DNA of 63,120 bases, filler included, from Globobulimina sp. (taxonomy: Eukaryota): the NCBI GenBank assembly GCA_003354225.1. It is 32 parts of 32 records of this genome, joined end to end, with 100 filler letters (N's around TTAATTAATTAA, not from the genome) between each part and the next. Parts side by side here need not be neighbours in the genome. Positions count along the whole stretch, not along the records: positions 23,724 to 25,599 come from PIVH01010997.1; positions 25,700 to 27,575 come from PIVH01010998.1; positions 27,676 to 29,551 come from PIVH01010999.1; positions 29,652 to 31,527 come from PIVH01011000.1; positions 31,628 to 33,503 come from PIVH01011001.1; positions 33,604 to 35,479 come from PIVH01011002.1; 26 more parts are not named here. One strand, given 5' to 3'. A model generated the notes under the pieces. It was given only the letters and a program-made list of their open reading frames with translations, was not told where the DNA came from and did no database searches. The position numbers and the translations under genes were made by a program. Each line of letters starts with the position of its first letter. The first letter of the stretch is position 1. Below, piece after piece: positions 23,724 through 35,579 of this stretch.

Positions 23724-25599
23724 TTTGATTACTTTGAGGTGGACTATGTTGTCTTTGTTGCTGTAGCGGTTGTTGTTGTTGTTGACTATATTGATTATTT
23801 GGTAATGGATTTTGAGAGTTTTGCGGATTTAAACGATATTGTTGTTGTAGAGGTGGGTTATATTGTTGCTGTTGAATAATATTTTGAGAGTTTTGTGGTT
23901 TCAAACTATACTGTGAGTGTTGAGGTTGTAGTTGATTTTGAGGCTGTAATTGCGTCTGATTATGTTGTGGTATCTGATTTTGAGAATGATTTTGAGTATG
24001 TTGCGGTATCTGATTTTGAGAATGTTGCGGTTTCAAACTATACTGCGAGTGTTGAGGTTGTAGTTGATTTTGAGTGGTTTGTGGCTGCAAACTGTACTGT
24101 GAGTGCTGAGGTTGCATTTGATTTTGTAGCGGTGGTACAACATTTTGTTGTGGAGGCACAACATATTGTTGTTGCTGCTGCTGTTGCTGTGGTACAACAT
24201 ACTGTTGAGGTACAACAGTTTGATGTTGTTGTTGTAGCGGTGCCATATCGACATTTGTAGGTCTCTCCCATTGCGTTACTTTAGTATTATTATTCAAATA
24301 ATACGGTTTACCGTCGGCAGTAACCAACATACTCCAACCAAGTGGCAACACATTACCCGCCGCATACTGCGCTTGCTGTTGCAACTGACTCTGTGTATTT
24401 TGCTGAGGCTGCACATACTGTGCCTGTTGTGGCTGTGCTTGTGGCTGTGTCTGTTGCTGTGGTGGTGCCATATAGGTCTGTCCCGGCTGCGACTGTGGCT
24501 GTGATGGCACAGGCTCTGTTATATCCCCTTCCTTTTGCAATTTCTGCGGCTGGGCCAAGACGTGTCCACTCCCACCCTGTTGCTTCAGAGCTTGCAATTT
24601 GCCTTTCTGCGGTACCTCCACTTCCTGCATTACCTGTAACACTTCTTCTTTCTCTGCCTTTTTTTTCTTTTTCCTCTTCTTTTTAATCTCTTCAAATCTA
24701 TCCCTTCCTTTCTCCAACTCCAGTACGTGATGTATGAACTTCTTTGCATGGCCCGCCTTAAATCCATAATCATTCTTCAGCTCTTCCATACTGATATCCT
24801 TCCACAAATTAGGCTCATCATAACCTAAAACATTACAATTTATACCGGAAAACACTCAAAAAACAACAAAAAAAAACAGCCGAATAACCGTAAACGTACC
24901 TTCCTCGTCAATAAAAGATTCGGTGTACTTGGTCAACTTCCACTTTTCAAACAATTGCTCGGCACTCATCTCACATTCGTGTTGCTCGAAAATGTCGTCT
25001 TCATCCTCCTCTTCCTCCACTTTATCTTCCTTCTCCTCGTCGTCTTTTACTTCGCTTTCATAGATTTTGTCTCCAATAACTTTCCGAATGTGTTCGTCGG
25101 CGTATTTATAGGCCATATTTCCCTCCTTCTCTTCAAACAGCCGCGCTTTTTTATACATGGTATGTGATATCTTCTTCCTTTTATAGAATAATTCATGGTG
25201 TAACTGAATCTCAGCTACAATTTTGGAGCCTGGGCAATAAATATTAATCAACATATCCCTGTAACCAAAAGGCATCGTACTCGGATTAAATCTATCCTTA
25301 CAGCGCAAGATCCCGCCATTATCATCCTCTGCCGACAGCTCTTCAATCAATGCAAAACATTGGTAAATGTCCTCAAAATTAGCAAACACCAAACTACATC
25401 GAAGTACATCTGTCATTTGCTTGTATCCATCGTCACCGTGAGCCACTGCGTAGACATAAAAAGATTTACAAAACGCACGCTCGATGTTCTTGACTTTGGA
25501 GCCAGAATTTTCGATAATGTCTATATCGTTTTGCTTGCAGACAGTCACGAGCTTTGCCAGCCATTTTTTAAACGAAGATATGTGCAAATTGGTGCCAGC
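23724..25599 (-). CDS. RelA/SpoT-synthetase-like nucleotidyltransferase + SAM + WW + Gln-rich protein, partial at both ends (intron 24825..24899)
   Basis: KVKNIERAFCK, TDVLRCSLVF, KDRF..FGYRDMLINI, AEIQLH, SHTMY. Spliced SAM domain EKWKLTKYTESFIDEEG|YDEPNLWKDISMEELKNDYGFKAGHAKKF. WW domain LPLGWSMLVTADGKPYYLNNNTKVTQWERP. Confidence 0.8.
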
Positions 25600-25717
25600 N
25601 NNNNNNNNNNNNNNNNNNNNNNNNNNNNNNNNNNNNNNNNNNNTTAATTAATTAANNNNNNNNNNNNNNNNNNNNNNNNNNNNNNNNNNNNNNNNNNNNA
25701 ATCAAAACAGATTATGG

Positions 25718-25781
25718 TATAATGGATTGATTACAGCGTAATGATCCGCAAGCGGATCATTACGGTAATCAATCCATTATA
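25718..25781. repeat. 64-bp near-perfect palindrome (30-bp arms, one 2-nt bulge, 2-nt loop)
   Basis: TATAATGGATTGATTAC(AG)CGTAATGATCCGC-AA-GCGGATCATTACGGTAATCAATCCATTATA. Confidence 0.9.
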
Positions 25782-25808
25782 GTAGTAATATCTCTTAACA
25801 CTAACAAA

Positions 25809-27319
25809 TTACACACAAGAACCAACGTTTCTTATATTATTACAATTACTCATAAATATTAGTCCTGGTTTATCAAATTTCCCTCTCTCAAATCCTAAAT
25901 GCCATCGATCCCCATATTTAGAGCAATTATTCCAATCATCATCGACATTAAATTGATTAAATAGTAATGAAATATTCTGTGCTTTGATTCGATCATTGAT
26001 TTTTTGTAATATTTCTGTATTGCCCAGTTTATTAAAATTAATATCTGACAACAACGTATCACCGAATTCATATTCATACACAACGAGTTTACGAATATGC
26101 GGTTCAAATTCTCTTTTATTTAACAGCAAAGATGGTGGCAGCATACTGTCCGGATATAAATAGTGTTGATTTATCCAATAATCCATTTTTATCATATCTT
26201 TGTGTAATATATCTGTCCATTGAGTGTATACTGTGTTATATTCCATTGCTAAATATATGCAATGAATGATGCGATCAATTGATGTCCAAAATAATTTGGA
26301 TGTATGATCATATGTCCACCTATTTTGTTGATCATATGTTCCGGCGATAGTCCATTGTTATTAAATATTAATTCATTTAATATTTCATTGTATGTATTAT
26401 GTGCAATTGAATTCGAATCATGATATTGTTTATATTCATTGACTAAAATTAACAAAGAATCATACAAAGAAATTGATGGTATTTGATAATATTTTAATAA
26501 AGCGGCTTGTGCAAAATTTCCGGGCCATCTGTCATTGTCATTGCTGTGTTGAAGGCCAATTGTTGTTAATTCCAAATTGACCAATATTGGTTGATATGGC
26601 AACATCAGAAAGTTTCTATAATAATTTTCAAACGTCTTTAATTGAGATAATATGTCGGTTCGTTTGGCAGCAGTGTTTGTGGCAGATTCCATTATGATGA
26701 GATCATATTTAATGCCATTATCAACAAAATCTTTATAAAAGGATCCACCTCGAAGTATTGCGCCAGCTCCGTGTCCAGAATGACATAAATTGTCAACAAT
26801 ATGTTTACATTGTTTATTGTTCACAGAATTAATATTCGAATTGGAAAAGATATCGTTTTCATTTAGCCATATTTCTAAATAATATGAATATCTTTTAGTG
26901 AAATCAATGTTTCTTTTTGGAAACATATTGTATGCACCACAGGTTACTGAACCTCCTGTTACACCAATACGAAAACAGTCACTTTGATTATTAATAATTA
27001 ATTTATTAAACAATAAATGGAATAAAGGACCATTATTGCCCGGGTATAGAGATAAAGCTCTTTCATAAAAGTATTTTTCATCAATTTTATCAAATTTTTG
27101 ATATTTAGAAGAATGAAAATCAAATATTTGCTGTAATTTCTTTGTTCCAAATAAATATGAAAAAATATTGTCATTACGATTATTAATATTAATATTCAGT
27201 GCATTTATTTGTTGCTCATTATGTTTCAGTGGTGCTTTTTTAATTAAATCATATTTAAAACAGTTCAAACAAACCACACCAAGGATTACCAAGATAGCCA
27301 CAGTAAAAGAACATGCCAT
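25809..27319 (-). CDS. Signal-anchored SGNH/GDSL-like hydrolase; apparent 1-nt deletion at ~26250 splits the ORF
   Basis: RIGVTGGSVTCG, DLIIMESATN, IHPNYFGHQLIA. Adding one T to ATTTAGCAATG gives AYILAMEYN, joining ORF 25809..26246. Confidence 0.7.
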
Positions 27320-27781
27320 ACCGCTGCAAAATAGTGATGACTAGATTTGGAATATGTTAAATAATTCAACCTTAAGTGTCATGTAAATATTCATAGCGAC
27401 CCAAATAAAACTGTGAGATAATCAAAGATATTATGAGCGTTTCCAAAAACATTTTAACGATTGCAATTCTATGGCTATTAGTAGTCCTATTATTATCCTC
27501 CATGATATATCCATCAATCATGGCATCTGATACAATAACAAACGACATAATTATCATACAGAAAGATGTATATCCNNNNNNNNNNNNNNNNNNNNNNNNN
27601 NNNNNNNNNNNNNNNNNNNTTAATTAATTAANNNNNNNNNNNNNNNNNNNNNNNNNNNNNNNNNNNNNNNNNNNNTTTAGACCGACTGTAGGTATTGTCC
27701 GAAGCGTTGCGAGGTGGGTTGGGATTCCTTTTATTGAACCGACTTTCAAACTTTCTAAACAAGAATAAAGTAAAAGGAAAA

Positions 27782-28612
27782 ATGTTGTTGATGTTTTTGA
27801 GCAAAACATCAAAAACTGTACTAACAGACATCAATAACTTTATGGCAACTTTGGAGCTTAATTATGCAGACATGAACGAAGAACAAAGGCGCTTTCAATA
27901 TTTTTATGAGACAAAAAAATGGACTGCAAAGGAACAACAGTTAGCAATTGTGATTATTGGCGCATGCCATATTCCGATAGCATTATCATTGATAAATATT
28001 GGCAAACGAGAAGGACGATGGCATATATTTTTATTTGTTTTTTACACATTCGCATCAATATCGCGCAATATTTCATTAATGCTCAATACGCATCGATTAT
28101 ATTTGTATCATAAAACATGGACTAAACTGACATATATTTTTGGGATTTGTATATGGGACATATCTATTATATATTTAATGGATTTTGATAATTATAAATA
28201 TGATAAATTAAAATATCCAATATTGCGGCATTTGCGTGCATTGTTAGAATATTTGCAATTTGTTTTTGTGTTAATTATTCAGGAGAATAAGCCGCAAAGT
28301 TATTACTGGAACTGGCATCCAATAATAATCCATCTCATTTTGTTGGTACTCATTCATTTGTATTCCATGATAAACACACAAAAAATACCAGCATTCAACT
28401 ATAAAAATCTGCTGTTTTCATTGATATTTTTCGGTTTTGCCTATATTTGTTTGTGGCAAATTAAACTTCCATTTAGCTACGACGCAGAGACAGAAAGTGA
28501 AGATTATTTGAGAATTTATTATTCTTTGTGTGATCTCTTTGTTGGTATTGCATTCCATTGGTTTTGGAAAGTATTACCGCCATCACACCATTCACAAGTA
28601 AAGGAACAATAG
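27782..28612 (+). CDS. Multi-pass (~7 TM) membrane protein, TMEM8/CREST-like topology
   Basis: About seven hydrophobic segments. Catalytic His residues are not evident and the start codon is uncertain. Confidence 0.55.
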   Translation: MLLMFLSKTSKTVLTDINNFMATLELNYADMNEEQRRFQYFYETKKWTAKEQQLAIVIIGACHIPIALSLINIGKREGRWHIFLFVFYTFASISRNISLMLNTHRLYLYHKTWTKLTYIFGICIWDISIIYLMDFDNYKYDKLKYPILRHLRALLEYLQFVFVLIIQENKPQSYYWNWHPIIIHLILLVLIHLYSMINTQKIPAFNYKNLLFSLIFFGFAYICLWQIKLPFSYDAETESEDYLRIYYSLCDLFVGIAFHWFWKVLPPSHHSQVKEQ

Positions 28613-28778
28613 ATTAAGATTTTACATTTGAAACAACAACAAATATCACAATCCTTGCACACATTACACATTACACATTACACATTGAATATTTATAAAT
28701 TGACAAAAATGTGTGTTGTCAGTGCGCAGTGCAGTAGTTTATATATGAGATGCATTTCAATGAGCTCTTGTAATGCAT

Positions 28779-28851
28779 GCACCATTGGCGCAGTTGGTAG
28801 CGCATCGGTCTTATGTACCGGCGGCCCAGGGTTCGAGCCCCTGATGGTGCA
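28779..28851 (+). tRNA. tRNA-Ile(TAT), intronless
   Basis: GCACCAT/ATGGTGC acceptor, GCGC D stem, TCGGT-CTTATGT-ACCGG anticodon arm, CAGGG-TTCGAGC-CCCTG T arm. 73 nt, no encoded CCA, T-run downstream. Confidence 0.95.
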
Positions 28852-29651
28852 AACTGCAAAATTATTTTTTTTTATAGTTATTTGCAGTAATCGCACTATT
28901 TGTATCGTGTGGGTTTATTAACCAATCGAAAATAAAAACTGTTCCATTTTCATTACCAAATTGTATTGATCTTCTGTATAAATTATATGTTTTTTATACT
29001 TTTTGTGTACAGCCACGCATATGACGTTATTTATGAATACTGCCAGATCTAAGATCTCGCTAAATGCAATGAAATCGATAAGAAAATAACTGTTGATATC
29101 GATGATACATTATATGACAACACCGATGAGAACACATTCTCGAAAACACGGAGTTATTCAGACTTACACAAAAGAATTCATATATATATTCCAGTTTGAT
29201 TTAGAAGACCAACGTATTTTAGATCAAGAAGACGAATATACATTGCATTGAAATAAAAAATGAAACCTCCTCAATGAATAATTTAATTAACTGTGAGTTC
29301 TTACCATACGAGATACCTCACACTAGTTTACTTATTTAACATACTTTTCCTCACTAAACGCAGTATATTGCTCACCAGGTTATATGTTAAATAATTCAAC
29401 TAAAGTACGGTAGATATTGAGGTATTGGAGTTTTCTTGAAGTGAGCTAGTCATCCATTAACTGAACTATCTTTTAAAGAATGTCTTTTTCAACAGCCGAA
29501 CTGTTTCAATCGTCAGCCAACGGCTCTATGACTCACAACAACGGGAAATCANNNNNNNNNNNNNNNNNNNNNNNNNNNNNNNNNNNNNNNNNNNNTTAAT
29601 TAATTAANNNNNNNNNNNNNNNNNNNNNNNNNNNNNNNNNNNNNNNNNNNN

Positions 29652-29950
29652 GCCATGGCAGGACCGCCGTCTACCTGCTGCTGCTCGGCAGACGCCACGT
29701 CGGATTCAAGCGGCTGAGCCACGGACGATTTCTGAACCGAGCAGCCTTTATCACCTCGCCGAATCACCAAGAGCGATTCACCCGAGCGGTCCGCCGCGTA
29801 GTAGCCGACGGCTGGGCCGAAGAACTCCTCCACCTCTTCCGGCGAACAGGAGGGAAGGAACGCCCGCAGCACACGCGGATCATAGAACCGAAACCGATAC
29901 TTCTTGCCGGCCTCGTCCTTAACCAGCAGGAACCGACGAAAATGTCTGCG
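29652..29950 (-). CDS. Bacterial DUF4123 (T6SS adaptor-type) protein fragment
   Basis: RRHFRRFLLVKDEAGKKYRFRFYDPRVLRAFLPSCSPEEVEEFFGP contains the DUF4123 RFYDPR motif. GC-rich segment. Confidence 0.8.
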
Positions 29951-29952
29951 GG

Positions 29953-30395
29953 ATGGATTACAGCCTCAATGCCCTTCCATCGGATGTTCCAGGGAACTGG
30001 ATTATCAGTTATGGTCCCGGGAGCGCGTCGTTTTTAGACGCATCCACCAATGCCACGACCCGCGTATCGGTGGATGCGTATGGTGAATATATGTTCCGGT
30101 GGGAAGCAGCGCTGGGAATTTGTACAGGAGCTGATTCGGTGATGGTTGTCTTCCATGAACCACTCCTGCCAGATGCGGGTCCGGATCAGGTACTGGAATT
30201 TGAGTTTTCCACCTACCTGGAAGCATCGCTTCTTTCTGCTGATGTGGCCGCTGTGAACGCCGCCGGTAGCTGGACCCTGGTTAGAGGATCGGGGATTCTT
30301 GCAAATCCCGGCGATCCCGGCACCCTGGTTTCCGATCTGCAGCTGGGTGAAAATGTGTTTCAATGGACCATCTCATCGAATTATTGTCCCGACCT
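29953..30395 (+). CDS. Bacteroidota-type large surface protein fragment (PKD/Ig-like repeats of T9SS type-B substrates)
   Basis: WIISYGPGSASF, YGEYMFRWE, PDAGPDQ, GSWTLVRGSG, LQLGENVFQWTIS. GC-rich segment. Confidence 0.7.
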
Positions 30396-31527
30396 TAAAG
30401 GACATTGATGTCGAATCAATTGTACAATTTTCCACAATCACCTCAATTTTAATTTGTGTCCTTTTCAGTTTTTTTGTTTCATAAATTCCAAATTGAATTC
30501 CTTCCAAAATGGCAGCATGATTTTGTTCATTTGCATCGATTGAAAAAAACTCCAATGATTTGCATTTTAATATTTTAGGAATAATAATCTTCAATTCCTG
30601 CTCAGAAATACTTACTATTCCATATTCGTCAGGATTCAAATATAATTTCTGCAAATTTTTCGCTGTTTGTAATATGTCATTCATTCTTTTGAATGTCGGA
30701 GTTGTCAACGATGCTTCCTGTAATCGATAAAAATTAATTTTACTAAAGTCTGCAGTAGAAACATTTGGAGAATTGCAATGTAATAAAAACTCCAATTGTT
30801 CTCCAAATGTAGTGATTAACTCATCATTGATCCATCCAATGCCTCCATTGAGACACAAACCTTTTAATGCTGGATATATGGCTTTCAATTCACTGGACTG
30901 AATCAGCACATTGCATCCCCAAAACCGCAGATAATCGATATTCGGAAATTTGACTAAAATTTTGCAGAACGGAATCATGTCAAATTCCTTCCCTCCCGCA
31001 ACATCACCAAAATGTGTAAATGAAAGTTGTTTAATATTTGGAGCGTTTAAGCAATTCGAATTTATAAATCTTCCAGTTGTGCAAAACGTTTGTTTCTGTG
31101 CATCCAAATTTAATTCTTGCAATTGATTGAAACTGAACTCTGGAGACTCAAATAGGAAATTATTAAATTTATCGATATTTGCATCAAATCGTTTCAGTGA
31201 TTTAAATTGATGTAATTTGATTGGTGAATAATTTTCAACATTGCACAAGTCGAGTTTTGTTAACATATTTGGGGAATTACATGCGGTGAATATGGATCTA
31301 TTTGTTTTTTCAAAGTGAAAGTACTCGGTTTGAGTGAGAAAAGAGGCAATATAACCAATAATTGCTTTTGGTGCTTTGTGTAAACTTTTGATATTAATTG
31401 GTGCTGATTCTTCTTCTGATGCTTCTTCTGCAGGTTTCTTTTTCCGCGATTCAATGATTTTGGATAAATATGAATTAACACTTTCTAACTCATTGCAATG
31501 TGAATCAATGAAATGGTTAAATAATGT
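30396..31527 (-). CDS. Eukaryotic F-box-like/LRR protein, partial, fused to bacterial DNA
   Basis: LHKAPKAIIGYIASFLTQTEYFHFEKTNRSIFTAC followed by LxxLxL repeats. AT-rich. Confidence 0.7.
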
Positions 31528-31627
31528 NNNNNNNNNNNNNNNNNNNNNNNNNNNNNNNNNNNNNNNNNNNNTTAATTAATTAANNNNNNNNNNNNNNNNN
31601 NNNNNNNNNNNNNNNNNNNNNNNNNNN

Positions 31628-32967
31628 GATTTATACTTGGTTCCGATGGAGAAACTGAAGGAGTAACCGTAGGATCCGTAGGAGACACACTGGGATTCCA
31701 GGTGGGTGGCGGTGTATTTCCAGTTGGCTCCAATGTTGGATATGGTGTACGTATGGGAGCCCGCGTTGGCATTTTAGTGGGAGGATTAGTTGGCGGTGGG
31801 TTGGTTGGGGAATGCGTCATATTGACATTACCGCAGATACTGAATGGTATGACACCGGACGTATCTTTTAAACTGCCGGCCTTGGATGCCTTGGTTTTCA
31901 CAATCACGCCGGCATAACACATGGATGTCCTATTCAAAGCTCTCCAGTCAATGCAGGTTTCGAGGAATGCACCAACGGGTATTGTATCAGTGTAATATGG
32001 CTCGCGAGTTTGATAAATGAATTGAAAAGGTGACGCTTGAATGATTTCTTCATTGATAGCGCCTTTGATGGGTCCGTCTAATATGGCAGTGCCACCCTCG
32101 GAGACCGCTTCATAAATCATTACCCACTTCGCGTTGCCACAGCCACCAGAACCAGCTACTATGGACTCGTCCCATTCGCAGGCCCGGATCGTAAACCTTC
32201 CCGCTCCATTCTGCATATTGGACAAATCAAAAGAAATTTGCATATCACCAGTGCTGCGAAGTGGATACCAACATTTCCATTCTTGATTATAATATGTCTC
32301 CGGGGAACAACCTTCGGCAATGGTCTTCTTTGCGCGAATTTGAGGAAATTCGAAATCGACATAAGATTCTCCGTTAGTCACAATACGTTCCATGGCAGCA
32401 CACATAATCATATCTGCAGGTGTTTATATATGTTTTTATACAGTATATTTTGTACAAAAATAAAACAAAAATAAAACAAAATAGAATGTCATACCCACAT
32501 CATTACCGGCGTAATACGCATTGGTTAAATCGTATTTGGCAGCACCTGCAGATGCTGGGTTTAATTCGACCCAATCAAATGATCTCGTATCATCAGATAC
32601 AGCTAATAAGGATTGTTCATCATTGCCAAATGTATCACTGTGTTTTTTATACAAATTAATTATTAATGTGCATAAAATATAAAATATGATAAAAAATAAG
32701 ATATATATACCAAAATACACCAGAATCCCAATAGTCAGTATATATGTCAGGATTGGTAATTGCAGGATCTTTAAAACATTGGTTTTGATACTCTGCCCAA
32801 TTTGTTTGGGTTTCGCGATTGATGCGATATCCGTCTAATACGGTAATCCAATCTGTTAAACCATCAGAGTAATAATTACCGTCGATTTCAAATTCTTGTA
32901 ACGGAGTCAAACTGTTGGCAAATACCAACAAAATGGTGTGTAGTAACACTAACGAAGTAATTGACAT
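31628..32967 (-). CDS. Secreted/surface protein with PT-repeat stalk, multi-exon, 3' partial
   Basis: Signal peptide MSITSLVLLHTILLVFANS. Three ORF blocks separated by AT-rich introns. PTNPPTKMPT stalk. Confidence 0.7.
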
Positions 32968-34066
32968 GATGTTTTTGAGTATGATGATTACTTGGCTCTT
33001 TCCACAGAAACGGTACGATTTTGTGACCTTTTGTAAACAAAAAGGAACGAACACTGAACACAAACGAAATCATAGTCAGAAACGTTTTGTAGCTTTTGTT
33101 GAACCAATAAGCTTTCTTGATGATTCCGTGTCTTTGTAACTTAATTTGCCAAAACATAAATTTCTGGAAACTCTCTTGGGCAATATTTTTCTATTTAATA
33201 TGTCGTTTGAACGCAGCAAATGTTTGAATCGCCGCAAAATGCCGCAAATTCGCAAAGTTTTTAAAGTTTGGAGTAGACGTTTTGATCAAAGATACGTTTG
33301 AAAGTTAAAGTCCTCAAACGTTGTACTACTATGGGAGCAACAGAAAGTACAAATCCTCCACAGATTGATTCATCCACATTTTCAATGCAACGAATACCGT
33401 CATCTGAATTATGTACGTTTTTATTTTTGATGTATTTTTCTGACAATAAATGCATTTATTTATTTTGTTGTTAATACAGTTTGTCTGAACGAACGGGAAC
33501 TATNNNNNNNNNNNNNNNNNNNNNNNNNNNNNNNNNNNNNNNNNNNNTTAATTAATTAANNNNNNNNNNNNNNNNNNNNNNNNNNNNNNNNNNNNNNNNN
33601 NNNTGTATGAACGAAGGTATTATTTGTATGTGATCTATAAATTTAAACTTCATGTTTATTACCGTCATGAAATTATGGGAAGAACGTTGAACACAATGTT
33701 TAACATTCAATGCTGAATTGCATAAAACAACACAAAATGTAATAAGATAACGCAAAAATGAATACATTTGATTTCTTAATAAAAATGCAACCAACCAATA
33801 TTACATACAAATAATAAAAAAACATTATGTAATCATCTTGTGAGTAAATGTTGAATTTGTGGCACTAAATTGCATTCACTGCAGAGAATGACCTATTTAA
33901 ATATGTCCAAAATCAACAATCTTTGGTGAAGAACCAATCAAATTTCCATTAAAAAATATCTATCCAATCATTTGCGGGATTGTTTCCTTTTCTTTTTTGC
34001 CATGATCCAAAAAAGAAATGTATCTGAAAAGTTTTTGAAAAAATCAGTATTTATCGGAAATACATA

Positions 34067-35479
34067 ATGGGTACAATATTGAGTACTTGCTCAATTGGAG
34101 CAGAAACACGAGTAAAATTGGAAACCGCCGAAAAAGAGAATGAAGATTTAAAACGCAGATTAATAGAAGCACAAGAAAGATATAAGAGAAAACAACAGAA
34201 AATCGACCAATTATACACAGAGAAAACTAAAGCAACCACCGATTTGATAGTAGAAAAAAAAGAAAAGGAAGAATTATTCGACAAATATTCAAAAGAAAAA
34301 CAACGGCTCTTATTAATTGAAGATAAAAACATCCAACTTTCGAAGGAAAATAAAAAATTAAAAAAACAATTAGTGTCAACCACAAACACAACCACAACCA
34401 CACAAAAAGAAGAAAAAGAAGATAACACCGTAATGAATGGCAGACAATCAACTGAGCCGCAACCACAACCACAAGAACAAGAAGAAGAAGAAGAAGATGA
34501 AGATGTATTGCTATTGTTTGATATACAAAAACTACGCAATTGGTTGATTCATGCAAACTTAAAAGAAAAAGAATTAAAAACAGAATTAGCCAAACTATTA
34601 ACCGCACGGAATGAGTCTCGTCGCAGTCAGATACCGTCAGCCTATAAACAAAGATACCGTACAGACATAATGGATGATATCAGTAACATAATCGGCAAAA
34701 GAGGCAATATCTATGAATTAGCGGATGGATTATTTAAAACACGCAGCGAATTTGATGCGGTATGTATTGAAGAGATCATTACCAATAAAAATAATAGGAT
34801 CGGCGCAGCAGAAATAGGGCAAATAATATGTTGTAGGAATATAAATGAATTACAATTAATATCAAATGAATATAAGAGGTTATATGGCATGGATATGAAA
34901 GATAAAATATATAAAATGTCAGCAAAGAAAACCTATCAAAATATGATAAATTCGATATTTACTTTTTCGAGGAATGACAATGAGACTACGAATAAGATAA
35001 AAATAGCGGCGAAGGTGAGTGGGGATGTGGAGTTTTTAATGGATAAGAATGTGAAATGGAAGAATTCTGACAATAAACAGAAATTGGCATTGATGACTGT
35101 AGCAAATAATATTGATTATATTCGTGATTTGAATGAGAAATATTTTCAACACTCACAAGAGAATTTAACTGATTTTATAGATAACGAATTGGGGGAAAAA
35201 GCAATATCTGCGCAGTTAATGAAAACAAGGATAGAATATGCAACGGATTGTTATGATTTTTATGCGCGAAAAATCCAGGTTATGGGTGATGATCATTGGA
35301 AACCCACCAAAGAGATAAATAGAATATTTATATCGACCTTTGGTAATGAATTGGAACATATAAAAACAAAGTTTGATCAATTAAATTATGGGGATGGAAA
35401 AAAGATGATTCAATGGTTAAATAAAGCCTGCAAATATGATAGATATGCTTTTTTTTTAACCAAAATGTTAAAGAATTGT
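34067..35479 (+). CDS. Coiled-coil protein with divergent annexin-like repeats and probable N-myristoylation (MGT..S), 3' partial
   Basis: EFDAVCIEE..EIGQIICCRNINELQLISNEYKRLYGMDMKDKI and FYARKIQ..EINRIFIS..ELEHIKTKF match annexin repeat patterns. The GxGT calcium loops are absent. Confidence 0.7.
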
Positions 35480-35579
35480 NNNNNNNNNNNNNNNNNNNNN
35501 NNNNNNNNNNNNNNNNNNNNNNNTTAATTAATTAANNNNNNNNNNNNNNNNNNNNNNNNNNNNNNNNNNNNNNNNNNNN

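Noticed and set aside
23895-24686. Antisense ORFs over Q-rich, S/T-rich and K/E-rich genes (also 3213, 4125, 8317, 15841, 34051)
   Set aside because: Shadow frames of low-complexity coding sequence.
26246-26255. Programmed frameshifting in the SGNH gene and at 7497/7549
   Set aside because: Single-base indels in short homopolymers are more simply sequencing errors. No slippery heptamer with a downstream structure was seen.
28779-28851. Intronless tRNA-Ile(TAT) as a novelty
   Set aside because: Intronless versions occur in other eukaryotes, and the structure is canonical.
28628-28921. ORFs spanning the tRNA-Ile gene
   Set aside because: Spurious translations of the tRNA and its flanks.
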